Shown here piece after piece: positions 37,872-50,638 of a stretch of DNA of 64,000 nt. Both the position numbers and the translations under genes were made by a program. Below the pieces are notes generated by a model that was not told the origin of the DNA, ran no database searches, and saw nothing but the letters and a program-made list of their open reading frames with translations. Origin of the DNA: Negaprion brevirostris (lineage: Eukaryota); contig JARDVH010000001.1 in NCBI GenBank assembly GCA_030324005.1, positions 139,425,612 to 139,489,611 of the forward strand. Direction: 5' to 3'. Within the stretch, counting starts at the first letter, position 1. Each line of letters starts with the position of its first letter.

Positions 37872-39799
37872 ATCCAATCTAGAAATAAACACTCTATCTT
37901 GATTAACATACTTAATCAATAACTTCCAATTGTTATGGGTCATGATCTTTTCATAATTGAAAAGTGTGGCATTCCTTTTCAAGCAAAAATCCAATGGGAG
38001 ACATTTTGCGCCCCTGTTTATTGTGGGCATAAATGGTGACGGTGTTGCAAAATCTCGCAAAAGGCCAAAAATGAGATTCGTGCCATGACATCTCGCAATG
38101 CACTTTCCCCTCCCTCCTTGCCAGTGATGTTAGGGAGTTCCTGCCATATAATGATATTCAAATAACATTAATGTGCTTCCTTGCTAATTGTCCCCACATT
38201 TAGATCTTCCCCTTCATGAGGTCACTTTGGCAATGTGCATAACAGGTCTAGACCAACGCAAACCAGGTGAAGAGANNNNNNNNNNNNNNNNNNNNNNNNN
38301 NNNNNNNNNNNNNNNNNNNNNNNNNNNNNNNNNNNNNNNNNNNNNNNNNNNNNNNNNNNNNNNNNNNNNNNNNNNNNNNNNNNNNNNNNNNNNNNNNNNN
38401 NNNNNNNNNNNNNNNNNNNNNNNNNNNNNNNNNNNNNNNNNNNNNNNNNNNNNNNNNNNNNNNNNNNNNNNNNNNNNNNNNNNNNNNNNNNNNNNNNNNN
38501 NNNNNNNNNNNNNNNNNNNNNNNNNNNNNNNNNNNNNNNNNNNNNNNNNNNNNNNNNNNNNNNNNNNNNNNNNNNNNNNNNNNNNNNNNNNNNNNNNNNN
38601 NNNNNNNNNNNNNNNNNNNNNNNNNNNNNNNNNNNNNNNNNNNNNNNNNNNNNNNNNNNNNNNNNNNNNNNNNNNNNNNNNNNNNNNNNNNNNNNNNNNN
38701 NNNNNNNNNNNNNNNNNNNNNNNNNNNNNNNNNNNNNNNNNNNNNNNNNNNNNNNNNNNNNNNNNNNNNNNNNNNNNNNNNNNNNNNNNNNNNNNNNNNN
38801 NNNNNNNNNNNNNNNNNNNNNNNNNNNNNNNNNNNNNNNNNNNNNNNNNNNNNNNNNNNNNNNNNNNNNNNNNNNNNNNNNNNNNNNNNNNNNNNNNNNN
38901 NNNNNNNNNNNNNNNNNNNNNAATGTTTAAATCATAAAAAGCTTGATAATCAACACATATCAAGCAGTAAATTGTATCCTGTTCAAGCAGAAACAAGATT
39001 TGGAATGAAACAGCTCTTTATTTCAAAATTATCACGTTGAATCTGTAAAATGACACTAGACTGAAATCAAATGGACACTGTAAGGGGATCCATTAACGGA
39101 GTCATCACTCAGAAACAAAAACCCTTCCTCCTTAACCTGAGAAGTGTCACAATTTATTTGGCAATTGTGCTTTTTTAAAAAAAATTTCCAATTCCAAAGA
39201 AATGCCCAAGGCAGTTTGGTTTGCAAGCTGTCAAAGTCTCATGAAAATATAACCCTTTTTGTTTAGTTTACACGGCACAGTTAAATATAAAAATGGCAAA
39301 AATATACAAGAAATGCCTTTGACAGTACTTTCTGTTCTGTGTCCTGGTTGCTTCCTGGCTGATGTGTATAAAGGTATGTCAATGTTGTTTAACTTATCAA
39401 CTGAGGAAGAAAGTAGTTGTGCTTCATTTAATATGTGACAGCTATGATCTTAGTGGATTTAAAATGTCACTATTAATCAAAACGGGTGAAAGGCAACTTT
39501 CCAAGTGGCACAGGCATTTTCTGTTCAACAGAAAACTTTATAGACCCAGGTATAACAAGGAAGGAAAGACTGTGATTAGCAAACAACATTGAAAAGCAAA
39601 ATGACATAGTAACTAATTTTAGGACCTGATTTTAGCAACCAGATTTGCCTTGGGAGCTATTCCTGTTTTGTTGTCATACATTTGCTGGAATTGCCTTTAA
39701 TAGAAACTTCATTTGTGTGTGCGGACATGCCTGCAGTGCACTTCTGACACAGATACATCTTTGGACCAGATTACAAATCTTACATTAAATAGTGACAAC

Positions 39800-39998
39800 A
39801 AGTGGGATTGTCCGGCTGTCCCCTGGCATGTTTTCCACCAGTGGAGGTTGCTCTCCATTGGCAGGATCTCTGGACCTGCTGATGTCTACAGTGTTTTGTG
39901 TGGCTCACCTGTCCTGCTGCCAGGGAACCTGTCGCAGGGATTAGCTTTCAGCGGGATAGGAAGACTCTGCTGATGGGAAGAGCTGGAGAATCCTGCCT
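39800..39998. mobile_element. ~200 bp Harbinger-like MITE
   Basis: Collinear with 33921-34127; ends GGAGAATCCTGCC. Confidence 0.65.
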
Positions 39999-41012
39999 CA
40001 CGTCTCAAACACACTTTTGGGCATCAAGGGTGTTTTACAAATGGAAAATGTTTTTTTCTTGGAGAAGGAGCAACTCCAAGGCAATCCCTGGCATATTTGG
40101 TGTGATGACCTGTTACAACTTCTGTAGTTTTAAAATTTAAAAAGATGGATATAAATTGGCGTTCATTTCGTTAGAATTACGTTCTCGTTCTTTGCCTGTA
40201 TTGTATATGGAGGTGAGAGGCAATAATATTTAGGATGGTGCCAATAATTCAATGGAGAGAAAGATATAAGCTTGTTGCATAGCAAAAACAATAACTGCGG
40301 AACAGAAGTCTTGTCATGTTGTGCTATATTTAAATTCCAATAACAGAAAGCACATTCTACAGTCTGAGCATGGCTTTCTCTGTATCCCCTAATGTCTATC
40401 CTGCACGGTCTCTCAAAATAAGATGGCCATGTTACTACAGTTTAGTGCTGGAGGACATGTTTTCAATTAAACAGTCACATCGGAGAGTTTGGTCCCATAT
40501 GAGTCTTCATCAAGATTAAACCCATGCTCTAGAGATAGAAGGAAATAATTTCTAACCGTTCTGTGCCACTCAGTTCTGATAACATTTTTAATCAGCTAAA
40601 TCACTAGATTTATTTCTTATGAAGTAAATTCCAAATTCATCAAGGTGAAGGCAGAACAGTGAGAACACCAATTTTCCTTCAATGTCATGCACTGTAAAAT
40701 GTATTTGAGATTAATGCTTCACCAAAATGATTAGCCATAGCAACAGTTTGTGTTCAAATAATGTTGGGAGAGTGTTAATTACAGAACAGTCTTAAATAAA
40801 TCTTTCTCATCTTCAGTGGGTTAACTGTCAGTCTTTATTAACAAGGAGTACTACTTATTCATGAGCAGTAAAGGTTACATGCTAGGTGCTATCTCCATGT
40901 TCAGGTCTTCACACATCTCTGCTCAGCACCACACTGACCTTTTGGACTAGGTCATGTGCCTCCTTACATCACTGCATGGTGGTACTGTACTCAGTCCCAT
41001 GTTACCAGGTAT

Positions 41013-41215
41013 GAACAAAGAAGAAAGAGAACAAAGAAAAGTACAGCACAGGAAAGGCCCTTCAGCTCTCCAAGCCGTGCCAATCATGAAGCCCTAACTA
41101 AACTAAAAAAAGACTTTCTGCCCTTACTCGGACTATATCCCTCTAATCCCTCCCTATTCATGTACCCACCTACATGTCCCTGTTTCCATCCACCATCTCC
41201 TCTGGCAGTGCATTC
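41013..41215 (-). mobile_element. CR1 LINE 3' tail
   Basis: GAACAAAGAAAAGTACAGCACAGGAAAGGCCCTTCAG, as at 12583 and 48568. Confidence 0.75.
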
Positions 41216-41344
41216 ATGATCAGGGTGGAAACCAGAGAATCTCGCCACTAACAAACAATGCGCCTTCTCCTGCTGGTGGGAAACACATGGCTGGGAGGCT
41301 GGAGAATCTCACCTGAGATGTCTCCTAATGATTGAACTTAGTTT

Positions 41345-42300
41345 TACTCCTCTTGGAAATTTCAGCTCTCAGAGCATCACAGACACACCTTCTACATTCC
41401 CCTTCCTCCATGGCATCAGCACGCTCATGTTGTCCCTCACTATCCCCCAGGGTTTCCTGAACCTCCTCATCTTTATCTTGCGATGAGGGTCTCACGTCTT
41501 TGCAAAACCAGGTTGTGATGGGCACAGTAAACTGCAAGGACACATGTGTATTAGAAAGAGCCACCTGATTCAGGCATCTGAATCACATCTTAAGCAATCC
41601 TATGGTTTGCTCTATGAGGGGGAATATGCTGGTGTGAGTAACATTGTACCTTTCCTCAGCTGGACTCTGAGGGTGATGCACTGGCGTCATTGTCCAGTGT
41701 TTAAGTGGATAGCCCTTATCCTTCATCAATCATCCCTGAAGACTTTCTGGCACCTTGAAGATCCCAGGCACCCAGGAGTGACTGAGGATGTAGGAGTCAT
41801 GGCAACTCCCAGAAAACCGAGCACAGACATGCAAGATCTGCACAACAGCATGTTGATGAACATCAAGGGATACTGCCAGGGGGCCATACAGTCATGTGGG
41901 TGCAGTCTATTGCTCCCAGCACTCTTGGGAATTCTGAGATAGCTACAAAGCCTGTGAATCTCGGAATCTGACTATCCTCACCCAGAGCAAAGTTTACATA
42001 TTAATGGGCCCTCCTGTAAAGGGCTTTGGTCACCTCCTGAATCCAGTGATGTGTTACTGACTGAGAAATGCTGCACAGTTCCCCAGTTGCTCCCTAGTAA
42101 AACCCAGAGATAAAGAAACTGCCATCACCTTTCAAGCCACTGGCAAGGAGAAGCCTCCAAATCTACATGGTGTCAGCTCTTCTTGGAGCATGTGGCATAT
42201 GTGGCAGATGAGATCTTTGGGCAATCGAGTCTTGTGCCTCTCACTCATGCAGAGAGGAGACTTGTGGACAATAAACCTTTGGTATTGCCAGTTATCTCTG
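41345..42300 (-). pseudogene. Harbinger (DDE_Tnp_4 / HARBI1-family) transposase, nearly full length but disrupted
   Basis: Minus-strand motifs in the expected order: MSERHKTRL..ICHICHML..GGFSLPVA*KV; ILHVCARFSGSCHDSYIL; DKGYPLKHWTMTP..AEERYN..H; EQTIGLLKM*FRCL; acidic C-terminus with CDALRAE. Confidence 0.88.
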
Positions 42301-43415
42301 CAGTCTGGGTCTCTGCTCCTCAGCCTGCTGTTGATGCTCACATTCCCCATGGCCTTGTTCCCCATGCAGTGTTTCCTGCAGGAGATGCGCATGTCTATAA
42401 CTTTCCCTTTTCCAGCCTTCAATGAGGATTGGTAAAAAAAGTCTCTCTGGAGTCCAGGACTTGTTCTCACTTTTGCCTCTTTTCTGAAAAGGGACATTGA
42501 AGACTAAAATGGCTAAAGGGCGCTGAAAAGAGAGGTGTGAATGAGAAAGCTATGGGAGAAGTTGCGCAGCTAAGCATTGAACCTTAGATTGCACTGTTCC
42601 TTATGTTACCTTACGCCAGGCCTCGAGCACACACACAGAGGTGAAAAGCATTCCATTCCACAGATGTTACATCTGGAATCCTGTGGGGCTATGAGAACTT
42701 ATAAATGACATCATTGAGCCAATATGTCTCTGAACTCCACTCTTTGACTTGGCATAACTGTGAGCATTCATTTGGTCATGGAGAATGAATGGAATTGGCT
42801 TGGCCACTAATGGTTGGCATCAATTGCTAACCTGTGACTCCTCTTTACTGGCAGGAAGGCAGAGTTGGTGCAGCTGAGCTGCCTTCACTGTCACCTTTAC
42901 TCTCCAAGCCTGCATTGTTGTCTTCTTTTCAAAAGTAAAGCTGTTGAGTTGTACCTAAAGCACAAAATTAGAAATCTGGTTTGCTTCCTAGCAGCAGGCT
43001 CTGACTCCTGTGTAATGGACCTGGACCCTGTCCATTGTAGTGGCACCAACAAGTGAGTATGTGCCCCCTGAGGGAAACCCAGAGCCCAGCTTAGCAGTCC
43101 TACCACACTTCATCATATCCCTCCCAGACAGGATCTATCTTACTTTTGAATTTGAAACACAACATCTTAGCTGAGTATTCAGTTGGTTGTGCTCCCTTTG
43201 AATCATGGGATGGAATTCCATCCTCCCTCCCTCACTGTCCACTTGCCTTCAAATTATCTGGAATATTTAGATGTGCACAGGGAGACCTGTTACTCTCCAG
43301 CTTCCTTCACTAATGCTGGATCCTGTTGCTGTGGTGTGATATTAACACACTCCCACTGAGTCCTTCTGCTCAGGCACTCAATTCTGCGCTCCAGCCTGAC
43401 CTGGCTGTCACTTAC

Positions 43416-43940
43416 CGTACGGGCCCCTCCTCTCCTGTAAGCTCTGGTTCCCACTCCTCAAAGAGGGTGAGGACCCAGATCTCAGGCACACCACCCCCTG
43501 TCTTTTCCCTCTCCCGATAGTAAGAGGTATTCCTCTCCTTTGGGGACAGAAGGAGCCATGTAAATTCTGATGGCATGAGTCCTGGAAGGTGTCAGCGGGT
43601 GACCCTCAAAGGGTAAGGATTTTGAGTCTCTTACAGGGCTTGGGGAGGTTGGAGGGAGTGCTTGAGGGTCGGGGCTGGAAGCATGCAGGTTGCTAGGGGT
43701 GGGGGGATGTGGAGGTCTGTTAGAGGGAAGATGCTACGTCAGGTTTAACATTCACTCTTGCTACCCGGATTAGGCCATTCAATTACTTCTGGCTCTGTTT
43801 CCCAGTGCTTCTGGCCAGTGTCCTGCCACTCATACATACTGCCAGGCTGTATTGCCATCCCTTCTCCTGGGGCAGTGTTGCTGGGGGGAAAGGAGTGTGC
43901 TGCCTTGCCTCCAGCAACCTTGCAAGGCATCCATCAGAGA
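43416..43940 (-). pseudogene. Harbinger Myb/SANT-like partner ORF, two decayed exons (43756-~43940 and 43416-43537)
   Basis: Exon 1 ends RSTGKQSQK*LNGLIRVAR|gtgaat; exon 2 reads ag|ERNTSYYREREKTGGGVPEIWVLTLFEE...|gtaagt. A TIR-like GTAAAATTCTGCC lies at ~44595. Confidence 0.7.
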
Positions 43941-44609
43941 AATGGGGAGTGGGGATTGGGGGTGGGNNNNNNNNNNNNNNNNNNNNNNNNNNNNNNNNNN
44001 NNNNNNNNNNNNNNNNNNNNNNNNNNNNNNNNNNNNNNNNNNNNNNNNNNNNNNNNNNNNNNNNNNNNNNNNNNNNNNNNNNNNNNNNNNNNNNNNNNNN
44101 NNNNNNNNNNNNNNNNNNNNNNNNNNNNNNNNNNNNNNNNNNNNNNNNNNNNNNNNNNNNNNNNNNNNNNNNNNNNNNNNNNNNNNNNNNNNNNNNNNNN
44201 NNNNNNNNNNNNNNNNNNNNNNNNNNNNNNNNNNNNNNNNNNNNNNNNNNNNNNNNNNNNNNNNNNNNNNNNNNNNNNNNNNNNNNNNNNNNNNNNNNNN
44301 NNNNNNNNNNNNNNNNNNNNNNNNNNNNNNNNNNNNNNNNNNNNNNNNNNNNNNNNNNNNNNNNNNNNNNNNNNNNNNNNNNNNNNNNNNNNNNNNNNNN
44401 NNNNNNNNNNNNNNNNNNNNNNNNNNNNNNNNNNNNNNNNNNNNNNNNNNNNNNNNNNNNNNNNNNNNNNNNNNNNNNNNNNNNNNNNNNNNNNATCCAT
44501 ATGATTGGGAGCGAAAACTCGCCCAGAAATGGATCTGGAACTCTCCCATTTTCACGCTAGCTGGACACTTAGAATTATTCTTGTAAAATTCTGCCTGCTA
44601 CCTGCATAC

Positions 44610-44945
44610 ATCCCATTGCACCCCATGAGAATTTAGTAAATATCAATGGGATCACTTCTCATTCTTCGAAACTTCAGAGAATACAGGGCCAGTTTCCTCA
44701 ATCTCTCTTCATAAGGCAATCCTGCTATTGAAGGGGTTAATCGGGTTAATCTCCCTCTATGGCAAGAATACCTTGCCTTCCTAAAGAGTCCAAGCTATAC
44801 ACAATGCCGTAGGTGTGGTCTCACCAGGTTCTACACAATTGCAGCAAGGTATCCTTACTTCTGTAATCAAATCCCTTTACAATGAAAGCTAACAGACAAT
44901 TTGGCCTTCCTTATTGATTGTTACACCCGCACACATTCTTGTACA
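44610..44945 (-). mobile_element. CR1 LINE ORF2 fragment
   Basis: Minus strand encodes LVRPHL and LFSEVSKNEK*-like decayed motifs, similar to 12920-13200. Confidence 0.65.
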
Positions 44946-45382
44946 TCCTCATAGTGACTCATTGTTCAGAACTGGATATAGTTTGAAGTATTTGTATGTG
45001 TGAGTATCAGGAACATGATATAGCTTTAAATTTAGTTTATATTGTTTTATTTGTGCGTTAAAAAAATTGTGTTCGGTTTCATTTTAGAGTTTTTTTTTCT
45101 GAGGTTGAGCTTGGGAGTCCGGGTCCTGTTTGTATATAAACATTTTTAATGATGTTTTATGACCCCTGACGTACAGAGGTGGGTTACTAAGGGGTTAATA
45201 GCCTAGGGAAATTAAAACAAACACAAAAAGCAGAAAAGGTTTTGCTGTTGTCTTGCAACAGGGCGTCAGGGCAAAGACCCACCAGGATACAGGCAGAGGC
45301 TGAAAAAATAGTTAAGTTTCAGTTGGTATGAATATATCACCAAGTGAAGACAGAAAGGTCTAAGACTCTCTGTAGCTGAAAA

Positions 45383-45507
45383 TGATGAAGGAGCAGTGCT
45401 CTGAAAGCTAGTGGGCTGTGCTACCAAATAAACCTGTTGTACTTTAACCTGGTGTTGTGAGACTTCTTACAGTGTTTACCCCAGTCCAACATTGGCACTT
45501 CCACATC
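45383..45507 (+). mobile_element. Penelope-like element terminal (pLTR) fragment with hammerhead-like motif
   Basis: Matches 57293-57381 (TGATGAAGGAGCAGTGCTCTGAAAGCTAGTG...AAATAAACCTGTTG...CTGGTGTTGTGAGACTT). Confidence 0.78.
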
Positions 45508-45657
45508 GTTCCTCCCCTGAACCCAACAAACCTATTTGTCCCGCACTTCAACAACCATTTTCACAAATATCCCGAGACAAGAGGAATGTTGGTAAACAAA
45601 GGGGGAGGGGGTCCACGGGTGGGTTCAACCATGTCTTCCCTCTCATTGAATAAAATG

Positions 45658-45972
45658 ATAGAAACCCTGCAGTGCAGAAGGAGGCCACGTGGCTCATCGA
45701 GTCTGTACCGTCAACAATGCCACCCAGGTCCTATCCGCATAATGCCACATATTTACCCAGCTAATTCCCGTAACCTATACATCTTGGTACACTAAGGGAA
45801 AATTTAGCACGGCCAATCCACTTAACCTGCACATTTCTGGACTGTGGGAGGAAACTCACGCAGACACGGGGAGAACGTACAGACTCCACACAGACAGACA
45901 GTCACCCATAGCTGGAATCGAACCCGGGTCCCTGGTGCCGAGAGGCAACAGTGCTAGCCACTGTGTCACACC
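45658..45972 (-). mobile_element. HE1-type V-SINE
   Basis: Tail, V-domain and GGAATCGAACCCGGGTCCCTGG head on the reverse strand. Confidence 0.88.
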
Positions 45973-46461
45973 ACATCTTGTGGAAGAGGTTCCACCGCAG
46001 CAAAAGTGAGAAAATAGCTGTGGTTTCCCCCCTGAATGTAAGGGTGGTAAAGTCAATTGGATCCACCACTAAAGGGCAGGAGATAATAACTTTGCACAGC
46101 AATTTTAACTATGTGTGGAGAATAAGGCATTTGCATAAGCCACAAGACCATTGCTACAGCACAGAAAACCATTCAGCCCCTCACACCTGTGACGGCTACC
46201 AGCTCACTGTTCCTAAACTAGACCCATTGCACTCATCTCTTCCAATAAACCTGTATCTTTCTTCAACACTGCCTCAACATTTCCATGACAGTGCGTTCCA
46301 TTCTTCCACGTTGCACAGAAGAATTTCTGCTAACCTCACTCCTCATTCTTGGAACACCACTAATTAAATCCTCTTGTGTATATAACTATGGAGCTTTCAA
46401 TGTAAATCCACTCTCTGTGGCCAAATTTGGCAATGTTCAAAGCGATGAGTAAACCCTTGAC

Positions 46462-46694
46462 TTAGAATCCCTACAGTACAGAAAGATGCCATTCAGCCCA
46501 TCGAGTCTGCACCGGCCACAATCCCACCCAGGCCCCACGCCCATATCTCCACATATTTATTCACTAATCCCTCTAACCTATACATCTCAGGGCACTAAGG
46601 GCATTTTTTAAAATCATAGCCAATCAACCTAACCCACACATCTTTGGACTGTGGGAGGAAACCGGAGCACCCGGAGGAAACCCACGCAGACACG
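46462..46694 (-). mobile_element. HE1-type V-SINE, truncated by gap
   Basis: TAGAATCCCTACAGT...GGAAACCGGAGCACCCGGAGGAAACCCACGCAGACACG. Confidence 0.88.
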
Positions 46695-46794
46695 NNNNNN
46701 NNNNNNNNNNNNNNNNNNNNNNNNNNNNNNNNNNNNNNNNNNNNNNNNNNNNNNNNNNNNNNNNNNNNNNNNNNNNNNNNNNNNNNNNNNNNNN

Positions 46795-47203
46795 GCTGGC
46801 ATTGCCAGGATGCCCATGCACAAAGGACACCACCACCAACCCCACCTCCCCCCCCCCCCTCCCCCCACCATTGCCCGAACCCACTGGAAGGCACCAATTG
46901 CCACCCTTCATTTTGGTGGCGTCTCCTGCTAGTTCCTCGAAGGTGGGGAGCACCCCGGTTGGAATTAAGCACTCGTGGCAGGATGGGAGATTCAATCGGG
47001 CCCAGCAAATTCACAATCATCACATGCAAAATGTATTAAAAAAGGATTCAAGTCACTTACCTGTCTTCCTGTCGGCTCCAGAGTGGTCTGGACTCTGACT
47101 GTTCTACTGTTCTGGGAGATGCACGCATTCCTGGCACATGCGCAAATTCCAGAAAAAGGCCGATGACACAAAGTTGCAGGTCGCGATGGGAGAATTGGGC
47201 TCC
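46795..47203. mobile_element. Right part of a Harbinger-like MITE
   Basis: GGCATTGCCAGG motifs as in 32907-33905; ends GGAGAATTGGGCTCC. Confidence 0.5.
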
Positions 47204-47399
47204 ATATTTCTTGCTCTAAAGTTGAAATAAAATGTATTAGAATGAGCTTCTGGAGTTCAAGGGAGATACCAAATGTGGAAGGGCTTCAAATTAATGTCTA
47301 GAAGTATATTGGAAAAGAAACCTCTTTGTAACGGAACCAACTCTGCCCTAGCTGTGGAAATAGCAACACCTCTTCACTGGAATGTTGAATTTGTAAGGA

Positions 47400-49688
47400 T
47401 AGTGCTGGGATAAAAGAGTTAGCATGTGTTTGAATAATTCTTTTTCTTGGTATGTGTTGAAATATTTCCAAACGTTTTGTTGTCTCGTGTAATGTAGCAA
47501 ATGATTTGTGATCTGAAAACACAAATTTCAGAGAGGACACAAAGGTATCATGAAGAAATAACAATCCCCAATTCCTCAGCTTGCAAATCAAAGCAGAAAT
47601 TGGGGAAAACTCAACCAGATGTACAGGTGAGCGAAACAATAGAAAAGGCACGCAGAGGAGTTACAACCTTGAAAAAGCTCCTTGATGAATCAATAGCCAG
47701 GGTAAAACACGAGGAGCTGGAAAGAATATCAATAGCAACAAAATGATGCACTAAAGCCCACAATGTGTTGGCAAGAGGTTAAGAGGAAAATAAATAGTTG
47801 AAAGAACAGTGTAAAAAACTTGGTTATCCTTCAAGATCAAATGCAAAAGGAATGTGTAACCATTCAACAACATGTAGAAATGAAGACTGACTTAAACAGT
47901 AATGGAATAACAGCAGAAGCAACTCGAGGCGACGCACTTGAATTGCAGAAAAATTCAAGCCAAAGCAAGTGAAGTTCGCAAAGAAAAGGATAACCCGAAG
48001 AAGGGTCTCCACACACTACAAGGATTCACCAAGTCAAAGTGTATTTCCCTGAAAGTAACAAAGAGAAACAACTGCAGTTTCACATCACTCTGAACAACTG
48101 GAAGAACCAGAGAGGTCTCAGTAATGTTCCATATTCCAGGTTAAAACCAGAAGCTGCAAGAAACAGACAGAAGAGCTGAAGAAGCAGTTGAATGAAAATG
48201 AGGAGACATTGTGAGGAAAAGCTGCAGAACTTTCCAAGCCCTGTGTCAATAACAGACAATTATCACAATTATAGAACTGGCATAAGCGAAGACTTTGCTG
48301 CAAACAGACCTGGCCCACAGTACAACCAAAATGAAAGACAAAGACAAAGTTCTGTTGCAGACAGAGAAAGAGAAGATAGAAATAAGATATGAAATTGTAA
48401 ACCCAACAGTGAAGCACCAGCCACAATAAGAAGAAAACACTGAACTGAATGAAAGGTTTCATAAGCTTACAAAAAAATTTGAAAATAAAACAGCAAATGA
48501 ATGTTTGGCTGAGATTGTGAAATAAATAGAAATAGAAGTTCCATTGGCAAAAGGTATGTGTTCAGTGAAAAGAACAAAGAACAGTACAGCACAGAAACAG
48601 GCCCTTTAGCCCTCCAAGCCTGTGCCAATCATATTGTCCTATCTAGACCAACCGCTTATATACCTCTATTCCCCATCTATTCATGTGTCTATCCAGATAA
48701 TTCTTAAGTGTCGCTAACGTATTTGCCTTAACCACCTCACTTGGCATTGTATTCCAGGCCCCCACCGCCCCCTGTGTAAAAAACTTTCCCCGCACATCTC
48801 CACTGAATCTTTCTCCCCACCTTACCTTATCTTGAACTTGTGCCCCCTTGTAATTGTCATTTCTGCTCTGGGAAAAAAAGTCTTCCAATTGTTCACCTTA
48901 TCTATATCCCTCACCATTTTATAAACTTCTATTAGGTCAACCCTTAGCCTCCGTCTTTCCAGAGAGAACAATCGCAGTTTATTCAATCTCTCCTCATAGC
49001 TCATCCCCATCCATACCAGGCAACATCTTCATAAACATTCTCTGTACTATCTCCAAAGCCTCCATGTCTTCCTGGTAGCATGGTGGTTAGAATTGGACAC
49101 AATATTCCAAATATGGTCTAACCAATGTTTTATGTAATTGTAACATTATAACATAATTTGCCAACTTTTGTACTTGATGCCCTATTCCATATTCCAGGAG
49201 GAAGCCAAAAGCTGCTAGAAACAGACAGAAGAGTTAGGAAGCAGTTGAATGAAAATGAGGAGACATTGATAGGATAAGCCGTAGAATTTTCCAAGCTGTG
49301 AGTCAATAATGAAGCCATGAAGATCACAATTATAGAACGTGGTGGACACCATGTTGGAAAATTCACGTCCACTCTAGGAATGAAACGGAATGCACATTCC
49401 TTTCAGAAGGATTGGGACAGACTCACCGTGTCCAACAAAAGCAGATGAGTTGTTAACAAGAAGAAACAAAGCTCAAAGGAACTCAAAAAGCAAATCAAAT
49501 GATGGTAGCCCAGTACCAGAAACATAGACAGCTACTACCATTCTTCCACAAGTAACAGACCATCAAGACTCAAGACCATCTGAATTCATAAAGTCAGAGG
49601 TATAAAGTTGAAGACAAGAGATAGAAGTAACAATTGTATTGTAATACTTCATAAGGGAGGAAAATTTTCTTTGGCGAAGAAAGGCGGA
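47400..49688 (+). mobile_element. Decayed internal region of a Gypsy-like LTR retrotransposon, interrupted by a CR1
   Basis: A-rich coding-like remnant with a degenerate gag knuckle (..CNHSTTCR at ~47850); ends in the purine tract GAAGAAAGGCGGA directly before the LTR. Confidence 0.5.
48568..49185 (-). mobile_element. CR1 LINE 3' region
   Basis: ORFs read YEERLNKLRLFSLERRRLRVDLIEVYK and FFTQGAVGAWNTMP; AAAGAAC tail. Confidence 0.92.
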
Positions 49689-50024
49689 TGTTGTGATATT
49701 ATGCGCATGTCACTGTAATGTAAAAGTTCTCAGCACAGCAAGGATTAACATGGGACTGGAAACTAACACTACCCACAATGTACAATATTGAGTCACATGA
49801 GACACAGAGAGAACACTCCAGAAGCAGCCCATTTACATGGATGTAACACCACGTATGACAGTGCCTGGAATCTGTAAATTGTAACATTCACATGAACCAC
49901 ATGAACAACCAAAGGGTTCTTTAATTCTAATATATGTGAAAGATGATTAATAAATGGTTCATGTTTAAATATTCAAGTCCCACAGTCTCACCATTGAGAC
50001 CTCCAAAGAACTCATATTACAACA
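49689..50024 (+). mobile_element. 3' LTR of a Gypsy-like element
   Basis: TGTTGTGATAT...ATATTACAACA termini (10 of 11 inverted match), preceded by a polypurine tract, with internal AATAAA. Confidence 0.72.
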
Positions 50025-50287
50025 CTTTGGGGCTTGTGTTTTAACCTGCCATATTGCTATTCAGCAGAAGATTCAGTGACATTGTTTTCACATCAATAGA
50101 TTCATTTCTTTGAATTTGTCAGATCCAACAAGGTGTCTCAAAGTTGCTAATACTAAAGGTCTTATGAAAAGACAAAAACAGAATGGTCTTTATAGGATTC
50201 TACTTTTCTTCTGTTATATTTTTCTAGTTGTACACCCCAATTAATCTTCCCTAGAGATTTTTTCTAGCTCAGGAGTTAATGTTTTTG

Positions 50288-50638
50288 AATGTGGGACGAG
50301 GTCACTGACAAGGTCAGCATTATTATTTCTGAGCCTTTTCAGAGAGTGGTTAAGGGTCATCCATATCAATTTGCTGGTGATCTAGAGTCATATAGATCAG
50401 ACTGGTTAGAAATGGCTGATTTCCTTCCCTAAAGATCAGGAACAAAACAAATGGTTTTTGATGACAATCTGGTAGTTTTGTGGTCACTATCACTGGGGCT
50501 AGTTGCTTTTTATTCCAGCTATGTTTCACTAACTGAATTTAAATGTCCTAGTTGGCATGGTGAGGTTCGAGCTCAAATCTCTGTGCATTAACCTAGGTTC
50601 CTGGATTACTAGTCCAATTACAGAACCACTATGTTACT
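50288..50638 (-). mobile_element. Old tRNA-derived SINE related to the 63519 family
   Basis: Reverse-strand similarity: CTGGATTACTAGTCCA, GATTTCCTTCCCTAAAG, GACAATC. Confidence 0.6.

Noticed and set aside
38188-39040. Long ORFs containing X runs (also 11.6-12.0, 25.7-26.2 and 43.8-44.6 kb)
   Set aside because: They are open only because they cross N gaps.
41345-42300. Host HARBI1 gene
   Set aside because: Multiple stops and frameshifts, a linked Myb/SANT remnant and a TIR indicate a dead transposon.
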